In this document: positions 1 to 14,400 of the stretch, one piece after another
Numbering within the stretch: position 1 is the stretch's first letter
Layout: each line of letters begins with the position of its first letter
NCBI RefSeq assembly: GCF_964204865.1
Contig: NC_135255.1
Coordinates: 16,058,001 to 16,122,000 of the forward strand
Direction: 5' to 3'
Length of the DNA stretch: 64,000 nt
From: Styela clava
Lineage: Eukaryota
Program-made: the position numbers and the translations under genes
The notes under the pieces: model-generated
Told to the model about the DNA's origin: nothing
The model's database searches: none
What the model saw: the letters and a program-made list of their open reading frames with translations, nothing else

Positions 1-237
1 TCCATAAACAACAAACTTGGGATATGTTTCACAATCAGGGAACGATGGAACACAGTGGAGTGAATATTACCAATCAAGAAAATAAAAGTCTCGTACAGTA
101 GGTTGGAATCATTAATAGTGGACCATTGCGGAGATATGGAGAGTAGTTCCAGTTATTGACAAAATAAAAATAAAGTTTGAATCGGTTGTAATTTTTCACC
201 TAAATATCAGGGAATAACCATGCTGTATTATTTTCAG

Positions 238-1212
238 ATCAAATACACACAGGGTGGAATGGAGAATGTATCATTAGCAAGAGATTACTTTGCAGAAGCA
301 GTTTATTTAAGTCGTAATTCAAATATGAGGGCATTGTATGGATTATTGCTGGTGAGTTGGTCTTACTTTGATGTTTTATCACCTTTTTACTCGTTCAAAA
401 ATGTTGACAAATTTTATTAAAAATTGGGTATTTTACAAATTATGATTTTGATTTGAATAATAAAATCTTATTATTTAGATCTGAAAAAGCGAGGTATTAA
501 ATACTTAGGAGCGGCTTTTTAGATCTTTCTCGGTTGAATTTTTTAGGTTCTACTCTGCATTTATTGTTTGATTCAAATTTTCTTTTTAGGCGTGCAACCA
601 ATTATCATCCAGTAAAGCGACAGATAAGGAGAAGAAAAATAATAGCAAATATGCAAGTTGGGCAGCAAAGATGATTCAACTTCAGCATAAAGTATTTATT
701 CTTCATAAGTTAAAGTATTGACAATGCAGGCTATGCTGCCAACCATGCTACTGTACCATTCTAGATGATATTTAATAAACTGGGAAAATCATTTCCGAAT
801 GGCTTCTAGATGTAAAAATATCATGAGGGCGATCATAACAAATTGGTATGTGATGTGAGAGATGCGCCGTCTCCGTGGTTGCCCCCCAAGTTAAGAGGGT
901 TGGGGGGGTCAAAACTAGGAAGGGGATAGGATTTTCACATTCTTCCCGGGGGAGAGGAAAGGCAATAACAAGTCCTAATCACATGGTGTGCCAGGGGGCT
1001 CTTGACCGGTCACCATTGCATTGTATTTCTAATCCTTGGTACGATGGTAATTGCGAGTGTTTGTACACAAGCAGACTATATTTTTTACTAATTATTAACA
1101 GAATCATGGCAGTGAAGAACTTGGTGCAACCCGCAGTAAAGAAGACTTTCCAGAATTAACGACTGGTGGAGTTACAGACTTAATGAAGGAAATGCATTTG
1201 AATTCAACATGA
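238..1212 (+). CDS. EMC2: ER membrane protein complex subunit 2 (TTC35), last three coding exons; 5' part lies upstream of the window
   Basis: Exons 238-351, 590-691 and 1102-1212 (phase 0, GT-AG) give [80 protein letters not shown]...MHLNST*. This matches the recalled EMC2 C-terminus (KYTQGGxEN...NMRALxGL...KYASWAA). Confidence 0.93.
920..1025 (-). repeat. Degenerate fragment of a dispersed SINE-like repeat in the last EMC2 intron
   Basis: GGATAGGATTT..ACAT..TT..CCCGGGG.AGAGGAA...CCTAATCA.AT.G is shared with 48842-48975. Boundaries are approximate. Confidence 0.4.
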
Positions 1213-2632
1213 GAAAAAGTATTCAATTATCTCATCACTGTTTGTGTTTTCCGTCCACCAAAAGAGACTAAAGGATTGTGAACAGAACAGTGGTCTTATT
1301 GTTGAAATTTTATTTATTACAAGGTTCCATTCTTTGACCTGGTATTCCAAACAGGACAAAAATCTAACCAACTCCACATTTAAAAAAATTCTGGCACATA
1401 CAGAAATTTTCAGAAAATCAGTGCTGTCATTTTTGTTTTATTACCAGTTTGATGTGATGACTGCTTCTCCTGTATAAAGACATCTTTAACAATATTAAGA
1501 AAATTAAACGAATGATGTAGTTGAATAGTCAATCTTGAATGGTGCTTCATGAAATTGAGTTCTAATAATTGTTTCAGAGGAGTAGTCAGCAAACCTTTTG
1601 CACTGTTGGGCCAAATTTGCACATTCACGGCAGCAAGTGGGCAATATCAATTTCCGCCCATAAACAATCACCACTTGAAACCTTAAATTGTGACACACCC
1701 GCAACTATTATTTATGTGCTAATTGCTAGCAAATACACGACTTACAACTGGCATGTGCTTTCGCTACTTACCGGTACTACATACAAGCACCGTACAACAG
1801 AATGAACAGGTATACCACATCTTTGAGCTGGTTTTTTTTATGAATTAAGTTGGGCCCTTCGAAGGCTATGAAAATTTGTTCAGGTACCAGTTTGCCCCCA
1901 AACTTCACTCCCACTTTTCTTTTTCAATTGCAAGTAATGATACAGAATCGGATTTAAGAATAAGTAAAGAGATGAAGAAAGTATTAACACAACAATTTGA
2001 CATACTCTTATGTGTTTGAGAACCAAGCACTGAATGTACTACTGCCTTATTAAAGGCAATTCGCTGTGTTCATTTCGATATGTCTTGATTGTCATAGGTT
2101 AGAACAAATGCTATTTTTCTGATTCTGTGGTTTTAAATGATCTCCTTCAAATCGAGGAAGAATGCAAATTTGTGATGTGTATTAAATTATTTGCGAACTT
2201 TATTTATGTTGTAATTAATATTGCACCTCTGAAAAAGGTAATAAAGATCACTGATTCAAAGTTTGTTTGTATTGGAAGGGGTGTCCTGGTAAATGCCAGC
2301 CATGCGATTTTCAAACTGTTTGGTAGGGCAGGGCCCCAATGAAATATTCTTCCTGAAGCTTGAGACACTGTACACATAACATTATAGACTCAGATTTGAA
2401 TGCAAATTCCCAGAAACCCTGGCCTAGAATGTACTCGAATCCTGTTTCGAAACCACTGTTATATAGCAGATTTCATGAGCGAACAGGACTTGAATTTAAC
2501 TTCCTTACACCAGAGCAGCTCCAACCTGTAACTGCTATTGAAACAACATATACAAATTGTTAAAATCTCAATATGCTTAATAATATTGCACCAATGAAGA
2601 AATCAGAAAAATAAATAAAAACACTGCAACAA

Positions 2633-4123
2633 TCAATCACTGAAATCGTCATTTGAAGATAAACTTTGACTCTCGTTATCAGAATCTTCATCAGTTGGAG
2701 CTTGTCCACCATCAGGTACAGGGGCATCAGGCGTACTGAAATTAACACAAAGTACTGTTATTGCAAACATAGGTATCAATTTCATGCTCATTAACATGGT
2801 TAAAATATTCATCTGAAACCTATCAAATTGCTGACCTTTTTACAAACCAGACTGGTATATATTTAGAATAGCCATGGGAGAGAAAAGCTGTAGAGACAAC
2901 CCTTTCATATGCACACTACATCCTCGCATCCGATTACCAGTCCATGTCAGCTATAGCATTAGTTGGTGGTTTTTTTGTTTGAAATTTGAAAAAAACATCA
3001 CCAGATCCAACTTACTCGAGCATATCTGGATCCAAACCTTCAGCCCTCATTTTATTTGCAACTGCCATCTTCGGTACACCTACCATCACCATCTTGAGGT
3101 ATTTGGCATATCTAGAAGTAAAAAATTGTTAAGACCAAATATACCAGAAGAAGCGATGAGTAAAGACAAATTTTTTAGAAAAATAACAGATAAACTAGGA
3201 AAATTTTTTTAGAACAGTACCTGGCATCATTCTTAACTAATACAACATTAGGATCAGGGGCAGGTGGTTCATTATCTTCAGCAGGGGGAGGGGCCTCAAC
3301 CCCATTAGGGGTAGGGGTACTGACAGGCTCTGTTGAGGCAGGTTGAGTAGGTGACGGTTCCTCTTTCTTGACATCATCAAGGCCAGGAATGGATGAAAGC
3401 TAAAAATACAATTGAAATTAAGTTTTGGGCCATCACATCAAACTAAGCCAATATGCATTTTGTAAATCAATAGACAGAACGTATTCAATCAGTCCTATAA
3501 TTTTTTTTTAATTTTCTCCATCTCAAAAAGAGAAGAAATAGTTTTATTTGAAGTCACATTCAGTTTACCATAGTTTGCTATTATAAAATAATGATCGATC
3601 CAATTTTGTTTTCGTCATCGATATAATATTAATGAATATATATATATGAGTGATATTGTCACAATTGTGTATAACATTTGGTGATTTGGTGAAAACTTTC
3701 AACTATCAAGCATATACCGATATAAACAACAGCTATTGTGTAGTCTGATTGTTGAATGAAAATATTTCTCATTTGTTGGAAAAAATAAAGTAAAGTCACC
3801 TTAGCTTCTAATATATTCAGAGCTATTTCCATTCTTTGCATCTCTAACGATTGTAATGCCAACTTTTCCTCTGCCATGTTTGAGAATTTATTGAGAAAAT
3901 TTGCAGTGTGTGTGATAAAGTGGTTCATAAATGTCACAGAACGCCGTTGATTAAGCGGCGCCATCTTGAAATAAAAAATACGCAGGTAAATTATCATTTT
4001 ATGGAAGAATATTTAATGGTCTAGTTTACAGTAGCGGTACCAGTAGAAAAAAAATTATCAAATATTACGTACTTTTGTAAGATCCACAGTTGGTCCCAAA
4101 GCGGGAAGATTAACGTCATCCAT
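2633..4123 (-). CDS. WASHC3: WASH complex subunit 3 (CCDC53), complete, 5 exons, 197 aa
   Basis: Exons (-) 4123-4073, 3964-3800, 3399-3221, 3111-3016 and 2735-2633 total 594 nt, all GT-AG, frame intact. Protein: MDDVNLPALGPTVDLTK-MAPLNQRRSVTFMNHF...ILEAK-LSSIPGLDDV...KNDAR-YAKYLKMVMVGVP...GLDPDMLD-TPDAPVPDG...DFSD*. These are the CCDC53 signature blocks. Confidence 0.96.
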
Positions 4124-5470
4124 TATTTTGAACTGAACTATTTACTGTCCATATATTTTGATAATCGCATATATTAATCTTATTCCGTTTTTTATTTAGC
4201 TGTATTTTATTTTAGTAAAAACAACAACATTTCTTCAAATTACAATGTCCGCTGCCTAATCCCTCTCTATAACAGCGAGCCCAGGATACGATACGGTGAA
4301 TGACTTTTATAAGAACAAACCAAAAATCAGCAGACGATCGACAGTTGAGAAAAAAGGCAGCAAGGTGCCTTATAAAAATTAAATAAGCGACGTCGCATTA
4401 GGATAAACAAAGGTATAAATGGATAACTTTGGAGGTGCGCGCATGTGGACCTGCCAATGGGCCAAACACACCAAAAAACTATTGAAAATTTACCCCAAGC
4501 TTCATATTTTTAGCCTGAATCGATGTGGTAGATTTGTCACGTGATCAGCCGCCATTACAACGTTCTTTGCCCAGCGGTCGTTCTATCCGTTGAGCGCAGT
4601 CAGCGACGAGGTGACGCATAGACAAAGAAATAGCACACGGCTTATGCGGGACCTTCCTCATGCGTATGTAATGTGGGAGTCGAGCGTTTGGGTTCCAAAT
4701 CGGCCGTTACTGCATGATTTGTCGAGTATCGAGAGTTGATTAGGCCAAGTCGCGAAAACAAAACGGCGCGCTTCAGATATTTTTGCCTTCCCTTGGCCTA
4801 AAAACAAAATGGAGGCCGTTTTACATTTTAGCCACATTATTACCTCACCAAAGACGTCGATTTTTCGATTTTGTGACGTTGGTAAAACTTGGATTTTAAA
4901 TCTTTTCTGGCCGAACTTAATTTCGCTTCACTTGTGTCAGTTTTGGAAAAAAGAGCGGAAAATAGTTATCAGTTTACAGGTTTTGGTGTTAGAGCGTCGA
5001 TGGCAATTACTGAGTTAGGAAAGCCGGCAAATCGTTGTTGGGCAGTATAAGTGCGTTTATGGAATGTTTCTGCCCTGATTTTCGTAGTATTCCCGAGAAT
5101 AGGAGAGACAAATATATATGATATTAATTTATCTAATCCAGCCATACCAAATTCATCAGAACGTCACATCGCCTGATTCAGTAGATATTACCTAAGCGTT
5201 TGAATTCACTGCCAGCCAGCTGCCTTGTACACCCGATCGCGGGTATCGCCCGTGGAAAGACGTATCACTTATTTAGATTTCCCGCTTTATATTACGCGAC
5301 TTGTGCGAGAATACCGGCAAAGGAGAGTTGATAGACTGATTGGCAGCCCGTTTTGCAAACGCTTCAAGGAGTACAGGCAAATATATCTGACGTGCAAAGG
5401 TAACTCATGCTATGTGTTGCTACAGCTATATATTGATATTATCCAATGTTCCAAGCAATAATTTTTCAAT
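4124..5470. promoter_or_regulatory. CpG-rich divergent promoter region between WASHC3 and ARID2
   Basis: Lies between two head-to-head ATGs and is visibly CpG-richer than the flanking gene bodies. Contains GTCACGTGAT (4536-4545, USF/MiT-TFE E-box-like), YY1-like CCGCCATT (4549-4556) and AAAATGGAGG (4806-4815), and CCAAT/ATTGG boxes. Confidence 0.65.
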
Positions 5471-8400
5471 ATGGAAAGTAGGAGAGATTCACACAACTCA
5501 TCTGAGCAAGGACAAAAGGAAGCTTTTTTAAATGAGCTTAGTCAATTTCTTTCGGACAAAGGGTAAGCTAAAGCCATAATACAATTCAGTTAACTTCTTG
5601 TACTACTTAGGGCATACACAAGCATAAATCATAACACACTGATTTTTCATCTAAACAATTTTAAGTCAAGTCTTTATTGCATCATATGTATTAAAATTTG
5701 AAATCCAAATTTAAAAATTTATTTGATGTTAAATCTTTCACGTTTTGATTTTAGAATTAGTACAGTAGTAGATTGTTTTATTTGTTGAAGTGATTTTTTC
5801 TAAACCTTTATGTTATTAATATTTCAGGAGATATGTTTGTCGAACTCCAAATCTTGCTGGCCGAACGATAGATCTTCACGATTTATACAACAAAATTACT
5901 CAAGCTGGCGGATATCAGAAGGTCTGTTGTTGATATTTATGTTGATGCATTTTCTCTTGTTTCTTTCTCACTGTTTTGTATTAGTGAACCTCACTGTTTC
6001 TTCATTTTATTTCAGTATTTGTACAATCAGACAATTTATGTAATTTCACTCTTGGTGAAGCATGTATGTGTTTATACCCTTTTTATTTTTACTTATGGCT
6101 TTTACAACTTATGGCCATGGCTTGACTTCCATGATTTATATTTTGTCAAGCGACTAAAATTTTTTGATATGTACAGTAATATATATGTTGGTATTGTATC
6201 TATGTTTGCAAATTCCAAATAATTTCATTATTTATATGCTGTTTGATTCGGTTTAAATTAATATAGGTAAAATATTACCACACATATTATGATATTAAAC
6301 TAAAATCCTCAAACTTATTTCAAGATGGTTTTAATTTCAATGTTTTCCAGATTTTCACATATGGAAATTTATCGTGGATATAATTTTTTGTGAATTATTC
6401 TTGTTGTAACTAAAGGCCATTATCTTGATAATAGCTGTATGCTTGCTTTGGTTATTTTTTTGCCCGATTTTTGCAGTCTTAGCTTAGTGACAAAAACAAA
6501 TATATCTGCGTAAGGTAATAAACCACAACAATTCACCTGTATGCATAATTTCATTTCAACATGCTTACAAACAGTAACAACTTTTTTTCTGAGAGTGTTT
6601 AAGTGACATGCAATTTCATAGTTTTTCAGTCTCCAGATTTCATTATAATTTTATTTACATAGATACTATGCACAAATAGTATACAGGCTTTTCTCTGAAT
6701 ATATGCTGCAACTTGACTAGTTGTTGGAAATTGTTCTCTATACTGCACGCCAAGTAGCACTGGCTACTGCTACTAACTAACATCATCGAGTGGGGGCTAA
6801 TTGTGTTTTATGTGTAAATGTAATCTAACCAATGGATCAATTCATTTTAGGTGACTGATAGAGGGTTTTGGGAAGATTTTTTGGAATACTATGGGTTTCC
6901 TGGAATATCAGCGACTCTTGCCTTTGGATTGCAGAAGATTTATCAATTGTAAGTCTTTAAGCCTGCCTTGCCTGCTGGCCAAAGCCATAATATTTTGAGA
7001 TATTATTAAATGTATTTTGAGGTTTTGGGTTTAATAGAGAAGTAGACGAAACTAATATATATTTTAATCAAACTCAATTTAATAGAAAAATATTCGAAAC
7101 GAAAGTAGCAGGTACATGCTAGAATCCTTATTTACACCAATCATTTTCATTGTTTTGATGAACCCATGTTAAGTCAGTGATACATGTTCACTTCAAAATG
7201 AAGTCAGTTTGAAAGCTTTGAGATGCAGTTTGCTAATGATACCATTGGAATACTCTCTTCTTATTCGTAATGTATAGCAGCTGTGTGTTGTGATTTTGAA
7301 AATGTAGGGTTGCATTTATAAAATTATTTGCTTTTCTATGTTAATTAAAGCTTTCCACAGTTTGAATTGTTGTTTAGAAAAAGACAGGATTGCCAATTTT
7401 TTGTCAGTGTATAATATGTCAAATTATCAAGTAACCCATTTGTCAATAATAGGAGCTAACAGTCCATAGGTTTTGTGGAATTTGAAACAAGACTTTATAA
7501 AACTAATATGAAAATACTGTAGTATTTTGTTAGGAGTCTCTTGTAGAAGGTATTTGATTTGTTAAGATTCTGTCTGGCGCAAGTAGAATTACTGTGGAAA
7601 GACTTCTAATTGTCTTATTTTACACAGGTTTTTAGCCTTGTCTCATTTTTCATATTAACGTATACCTTCAACGTTTTACTTTTACTCATTCGTAGATATT
7701 TAGAAGATTATGAACGGGTTCATTTCTTTGGTGACGATGAGCCACAACCTTACTCTCGACTTTACGACGGAAAATTGAGAAGATTCAGATATCCAATATC
7801 TGGTTAGTTTTTTTTAATATTTTGATAAATTTATCGAAAAGTGTTTTATCTGTAGGTGAATTTTTTCGTATATATTTCGACGAGAATTCTCATTTCAATG
7901 AAAAGTTTGTTATTAGAATTTTTGTGAATTCTTTGCAACTATGGACTTCAACTTTTATGATTGAGTTTACCTTGGCATGAGAAGGTACTAAATATAATTT
8001 ATAGTAACTAACCATCCACTCTGCCCTCCATACCTTTGAGCTCATGGTAAATGTATAATTTAAATATGCTGTAGCAATAATAAAGATGACTATTCTATCT
8101 GATTCGAGAGACTATTCTATCTGGCTGCACATCAACACAAATGTATTTCTGTAACTTTCGTTCCTGCAAGATTGTTGAATCACAGAGAACTATTGTAATA
8201 ATAACCAAGAAAACTTATTCGATATAAAACATTTTTGATCTAATATTTATTAATTCAAGCAAAAATAATGTGGTTGTTCTGTATGTGAGATTCATGTGGC
8301 ACATAATACCAGTATATAAATTTCAGAGATAACTAACTTGTTATTGCCATTTGCCAATGACGTTGTATATGTTAATGCTGGAACATTTTATCCAAAAATG

Positions 8401-11400
8401 CCATCTGTTGAGCAAAGCATATGATACCCACGAGACAATTGAAATTTTTTGTAACCTGACGAATAGCAGGAAATTATGAAAAACATGTACATTTTCCACA
8501 GTGTTATGTCTCTTACATTATATTTTGCAAATGTCTACATTAGTGAACCATAATTTAATTTATTATTAATATGCTATAATGAATACAAGAGCATTTAGCT
8601 AAATTTGAAATCAAGAAAGTGCTTTGGGCAAATGAAGGGTAGTTCAATAGTAATCCTTATACTTTTCAAAAGTATAATAATATGATTTTTATTCTTCAAT
8701 GAGGCAGTGATGAGCAATAAGAATTAAACGGACAGTATATTTGAGCATTATTAGCTTATATGCAGTTTCAATGTGTGAAATTGTTAATAATATTAAAAAT
8801 TTGGTAGTGTATGTACCAGGTTAGACAATAATTTTATTTCGATTTTCCTTATTTTAGTTTTATTACGGGTTCAGGGACTGTCTGTGTTGGCAAACTAAAT
8901 ATACCCCCTGTCCATAGGTTTCAGTCCCTTTACACAACTTGATGCAAAGTAGGTGAACAAAATTAGTTACCTCCATATTGGTACACACACTTCTGGGGCG
9001 CCAAATAGTTATCCTTAGTGTTTTATTCATGTTGTTATTGCTTAATACTGTGTGCTATTATTTTCTAATTTTGTTCAGTTTGATGCTAATGCTAATTTTG
9101 CATCATGAGAATTTCTATAAGCCAGGTTTATTGCGTGGGGCCGACACACATGAATTTCCAGAAAAAAATAGCATTATCAGAATTTTCTGTTTTATAATGT
9201 TTTTTAAATTACATTGAGTTTTATCATTACTATTCAATGTACAATGCTCATAATTTCCTAAATATTTTTTAGAGTCTCAAAGATTTCAGTACAATCTCAA
9301 CACTGATAAACCATCAGTGAGTGACTACGATAGAGTTGTGTTATCCCTTGAGTCATGCTTACCAAATGAGATTGATTTTGCAGTCAATGCATGTACACTT
9401 CTGTCTGGGGAATCTAGACATGTGTTGAAGCTTCCACAATGCAGAAGAATTGTGGATGCTTTACTGTTGCATGCTGGGATAGTTTCTGATGGTGAGTACC
9501 GTACTTAAGACTCGATTGTGTGTGCAAATTGCAAGTGGATATACAATTTTCAGATTCAATCATCTAACATTGAGAAAAAGTATCAATATGTGTATGCCAG
9601 GCTGAGTGCTGACATTAAAATTATTGATAACAATTTCGCATGCTCTGAGGAAGTTGTTAATTTTCTAAAAAGTCAATTATACCATTTCAAACCGTAGAAA
9701 ACCAATAAAAACTATTTGAATTCAAAAAGTTTCCTATTTCACATTTCAAAATATTTTAAAAGAGTATTTAGTTATTTTTTGTATATCCCATGATAAGGCA
9801 CATTGTACGGCACAATGTATTATCTTTGTAGTTAGTTTTAACTATAGTACGGTTTTAACTTTCTGTATATACTGCTACATATTTTAGTTTTCTATTTTGT
9901 TTTAATTCCCCTCACTGTATTTTTTGTGCTATAAGGTGCACCATATTATAAGTTATCAAGTTGCAATGTCAATAAATTTCTTAGATTTGGTACTTGGCGG
10001 TTTTTAATGCAATACTGTACTGATTTTGAGTGTGGGTAATACATACTATTTGGCGCACAATCAAATTTTGAGAAAAATGATTCAGAGTGTGCCTTATGGT
10101 CATCTTATTACTTATCGATCTTAAGATAGGTAAGTATGTTGATAGGTATCTGTCTGTTTGTTTGTTTGTTTGTCTGTTAGATACACGCGATATCTCACGA
10201 AAGCGAGGTTGAATCTGCTCCAAATTTTGCATGTGCATTCATCATAGTTTGGAACAGAAGCCTATTGAGTTTCGATAAATTATGTCGTATAATTAACGAG
10301 TTATTGATTAATTAGTGATGGGACACACGGTGTCACTAGGGAGTAAGAGCGTGGGAGATCCCCTAACCTCCGATCGATAAGTCTTCGGTCTCTGACCGAT
10401 ATTCTCGTTCAATATTTATTAATATTGTTCTCAGGTCATGACTCTTACTGCGGAGTTTTAAATGAATTACAACGAAAGACAAAACATAATTATCGGAGAT
10501 TCTGGAATAATTCAGTTGCAAAAAAATCAGTATTACCTGTGCTTCTGCCTGAACAAAACCCAAACACATTGCCTAAAAAGGAAAACATGAATTCGGAGAA
10601 TGTTGAAAAAAGAAATGAATTACTTGATAAAACCGTTAATCAAGGTGAAGAAGTCTTCATGGACGCTTTGCAGAAACGTTTATTGGATATAAAGACGAAA
10701 AATACAAGTACAAGGAATAATAATTCAGGTATTATATTTTTTAATTGCCAACTTACAGTAACATATCAAAACCTCTCTTGTGGATGTTTCGACAGAATTC
10801 CCAAGGATTCCCAAAAATGTACTTTTTTATCGATTCCTATTCACGCCTTTCGCTTGGAACAAGGCCCTTAACGGCATCAACTCATATCTGACGATATGTA
10901 TTGATATACGATATGTATGTAAAGTGGTTGCTTGTATGGCCTTGTTTGAAGCGAGGATGAAATTTGTAATGTGGTGATCAAACTTTTTGCCTTGCTCATC
11001 TTTGCCAGCAAAGCTGACATAGATTCATGAAGTTTTGTTTTGTTTAAAACCAATACTGTTTGGATTCTGTTACAAAGTCATGTTATCTCTCCTGCTAGAA
11101 ATACCTACTGCAATATTCATATCATGTTTGTAGACCTTCTTACACAAACTTACCATATTTTGAATAACTACCTTTCACTACTTTTTCAGAAATTGAAATT
11201 GAGACGAAATCCACATCAAAATGGGCAGAACTGTTCCATGGTTATCGATCTCTAGGAGTAGAAGATTATGAAGGACAACGTGTTTTGCAGGTATTATGCT
11301 TTTTATCAATGCAATTTATAAATAACTTTGATATGTGAAATCTTTTTTATGTCTTCAAAAGTGTGCACATATGAACATAAAGCACATAATCTTGTCATTT

Positions 11401-14400
11401 GTTTCTGTTTGCTATCATTTTCATTGTATATTGCTGTATTTGTTTATACTGCATTGATTTTGACATGAACGACGTATTATACAGTTTTAAACAGACTGTA
11501 ATCTAAATTGAACTTGTAACAACTGAAATGATCTGCACAAACCAAATGAGTTAACTGTGTCTGGGAAGCGAAGAGACATAATGTAATCTATTGTAATTCA
11601 CTGCCATGTATCAGTTTTGATAGGGTATTCACAGATGTTTCAATGCATGATATGTGCTAGCTTGTTTATAAGGAACTACAACATTCCATCATATTAGAGG
11701 CAAATGAACATTTACTATGACTATAAAAGTGGTGTTTACTGGTTTTCGGAGCCAGAGTCGGGCTGTATTTTCAAATTTAAGTCAAGAGACAAAAGTTTTA
11801 CATATTGAAATTTTTGATTGAAAAGGGTACAAAACTTTTTGTAGTTAAAAGTTTTTGTTTTCCCAGCGATAGTTGTAAATTTTGGTATTTTCTTCCCCAA
11901 TTTAAATTCCAAATTTTTTGTGTCTCTCATTTTCAGAGTCAAGAGAACCTATGTCGTCCATAAGAGCCCAGCAGCTACCATTTCTAAGTCAAATACTGAA
12001 AAATATTATTCTTTTTTATTGATGCAGATTGCACTGGTGCTTCTTAACCTGTCATTTGAAGACTTCAATGTATCGTTACTTGCCCGACATCCATCTCTCA
12101 TTAGATTCGTATTTTTATGTATTCATTCCGAATATTCGTGTTTACGACAAACAGGGCTAGATATACTCAGTAATATATCTTCTCGAGTAAGTGTTTTGAT
12201 ATTTTTTTCAGAATGCTATATCATATCTTGTGTTACGTTACACCAATTACATCGAAACAACATATTATTGGGTAGGAATGTTTCTCTAAATTGTCGTTCG
12301 TGAGACAGAAAATTGGTTTATATATTAAACATGGCAAGCTGAATTTTGTCACTCCTATCACCTACAAAATGATGCAACTTTTATAAAGATTGAATATCTC
12401 TATATTATATCAATGGAGGAACTGTTTCCATAGTGTAGGGGTTCGCTTTACACACGCAAGATTTCCAGTTCAAGCTCGGGTGGAAACAAGATCTTCATAA
12501 ATCTATTTATATTGCGTTTTGGGGATCTTTGTATTGCAATTCAATTTTTTTTTAGTATATTTAATTATTCACCTATTCGGTTCGATTTGGACATCATTGG
12601 CCATTAACATGTTGATAATGCAAGCTTCCCTCCCATGTTTTTTGTCGATAGATTTTGTTGAGCAAGTGCTTAATATGTGGCAAGATGTTTTTAAATGTAA
12701 TTAGGTATTTACTCACGCATTACTCTCCTGTATATTTCTGTGGTCTGATTCTTGTACAACCAAATAATGTAGAATGACAAAATGTGGAATGGATAAACCA
12801 CAAGCCAAATTTATTATGCACACTGCGACTGTAAATAGCCCTTTGAAGAATAAAACTATTGAATTATCAAATGGGAAATTTCGATTCTAAAATTGGTAAC
12901 AGCTATGGAAATACCAATTTGAATGTAATTTTGGTGATTTCTAAAATTTTCTGTTTTAATATTTTTCTCATTTTCAGATTGAACTTCTTCATTTACATTT
13001 CAACATGACAGCTATGATCTTCGATGCTATAGATTCAGCAGTATTATCTGATGATAAATTCGAAAGAATAAGAGGTAAGTGCAAAATATAGCAGGTACAG
13101 CCTAGTGTTTACAGCGTTGGAATTAGGTATGTTTGCGTTTTAGAATAAAAATAGGGATAGGATGATATGGAAAATCTCCTTCTGCAATTCAATATGATTA
13201 TCAATATTTTTTAATTTCCTAGTATAATAATGCGAATGCTTTTTTAAAAATGAATTTTACTAAATTTCTTGGCAATATCGCAATGCCGGCAAACTATACT
13301 GATTGACATTTTAAAACCTCATTATTGCAAATGTCAATTATATAATTTCGATTACATGAAGTGAATTTTTAACACACTTAACGGATCGTTTTAAAATATT
13401 CGTGAGAACAAAACCGATTCTGAACATGGATTCTAGATTAAATTAATAACTCGTTAAATTTAGGCCTGCTCAAAAATAAGATTGAAAAAATGTTTGAAAC
13501 CGTTATCACAGGTTTTGAAATTCTTGCAAATATTTGTCGACCACGTCCCAATGTTGATTACCTCTGTGTGTCTGTCAGTGAAGAAGTTTACAATGCAGCT
13601 GTACAAAATTTGATGATAAATGATGTTGAACTATTACTTGCGGCAATTGAAGCTTTATATCGTTTATCAAAACTAGGAGAATCACCGTGCACGAAGATTA
13701 TTTTTATTAAAGGTTGCATAGGTGAGTACGATTGGTTATAAAGTTGTTCTGGAAGAATTCAAATCAGAGTACTCTCATAGTGTATGTACCAGGTTAGGGC
13801 TAGGCTATAATTTTATTCAGATTTTCCTTATTTGAGTTCTATTACGAGTTCGGGGACTGTCTGTGTTAGCCAAGTGAATACACCCCCTGCCCATAGGTTT
13901 CAGTCCCTTCAGACAACTTGATGTAAAGTAGGCGAGCCGAGTCAAACTTTACTAGAGATATTTTTGATCTAAATTTCCCTCAGCAACCCATTGAGCAAGC
14001 ATTTGGTTGACTAAAGAAGGCTTGTATAGTTTTGAGCTATTGTGATTGTGATCATAATTTGGTTTTCTCAGATAGAAATTTTTGTCCACCAATAGACGTT
14101 TTTGAAATGAGTGGGATATGAATTTTTTCTTAGTCCACTGCCCTGGATCATATTGCAAACCACATCCTTTCAAGTTTTGTCAAAATGTTCCGATACTTCT
14201 TAGTTATGCAGGACAATATCACATACTGCTTCTAGTATTGCACAGAAATAAATATACATAACAGTATTCAGTGTGGTGATTGGTAATACGGCCTCACTCT
14301 GATTTTGTCCAAATTAGTCCAATAACAAATATGAATCTTGGGGTCAGGTTCACCAAAATTGAATGAACAAAATTAATATGCCGGCAATTAAGAAGAGTGT

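Noticed and set aside
875-2563. Short ORFs in the EMC2 last intron and the EMC2/WASHC3 interval
   Set aside because: No recognisable motifs or consistent splice chain; explained by intron, repeat and UTR sequence.
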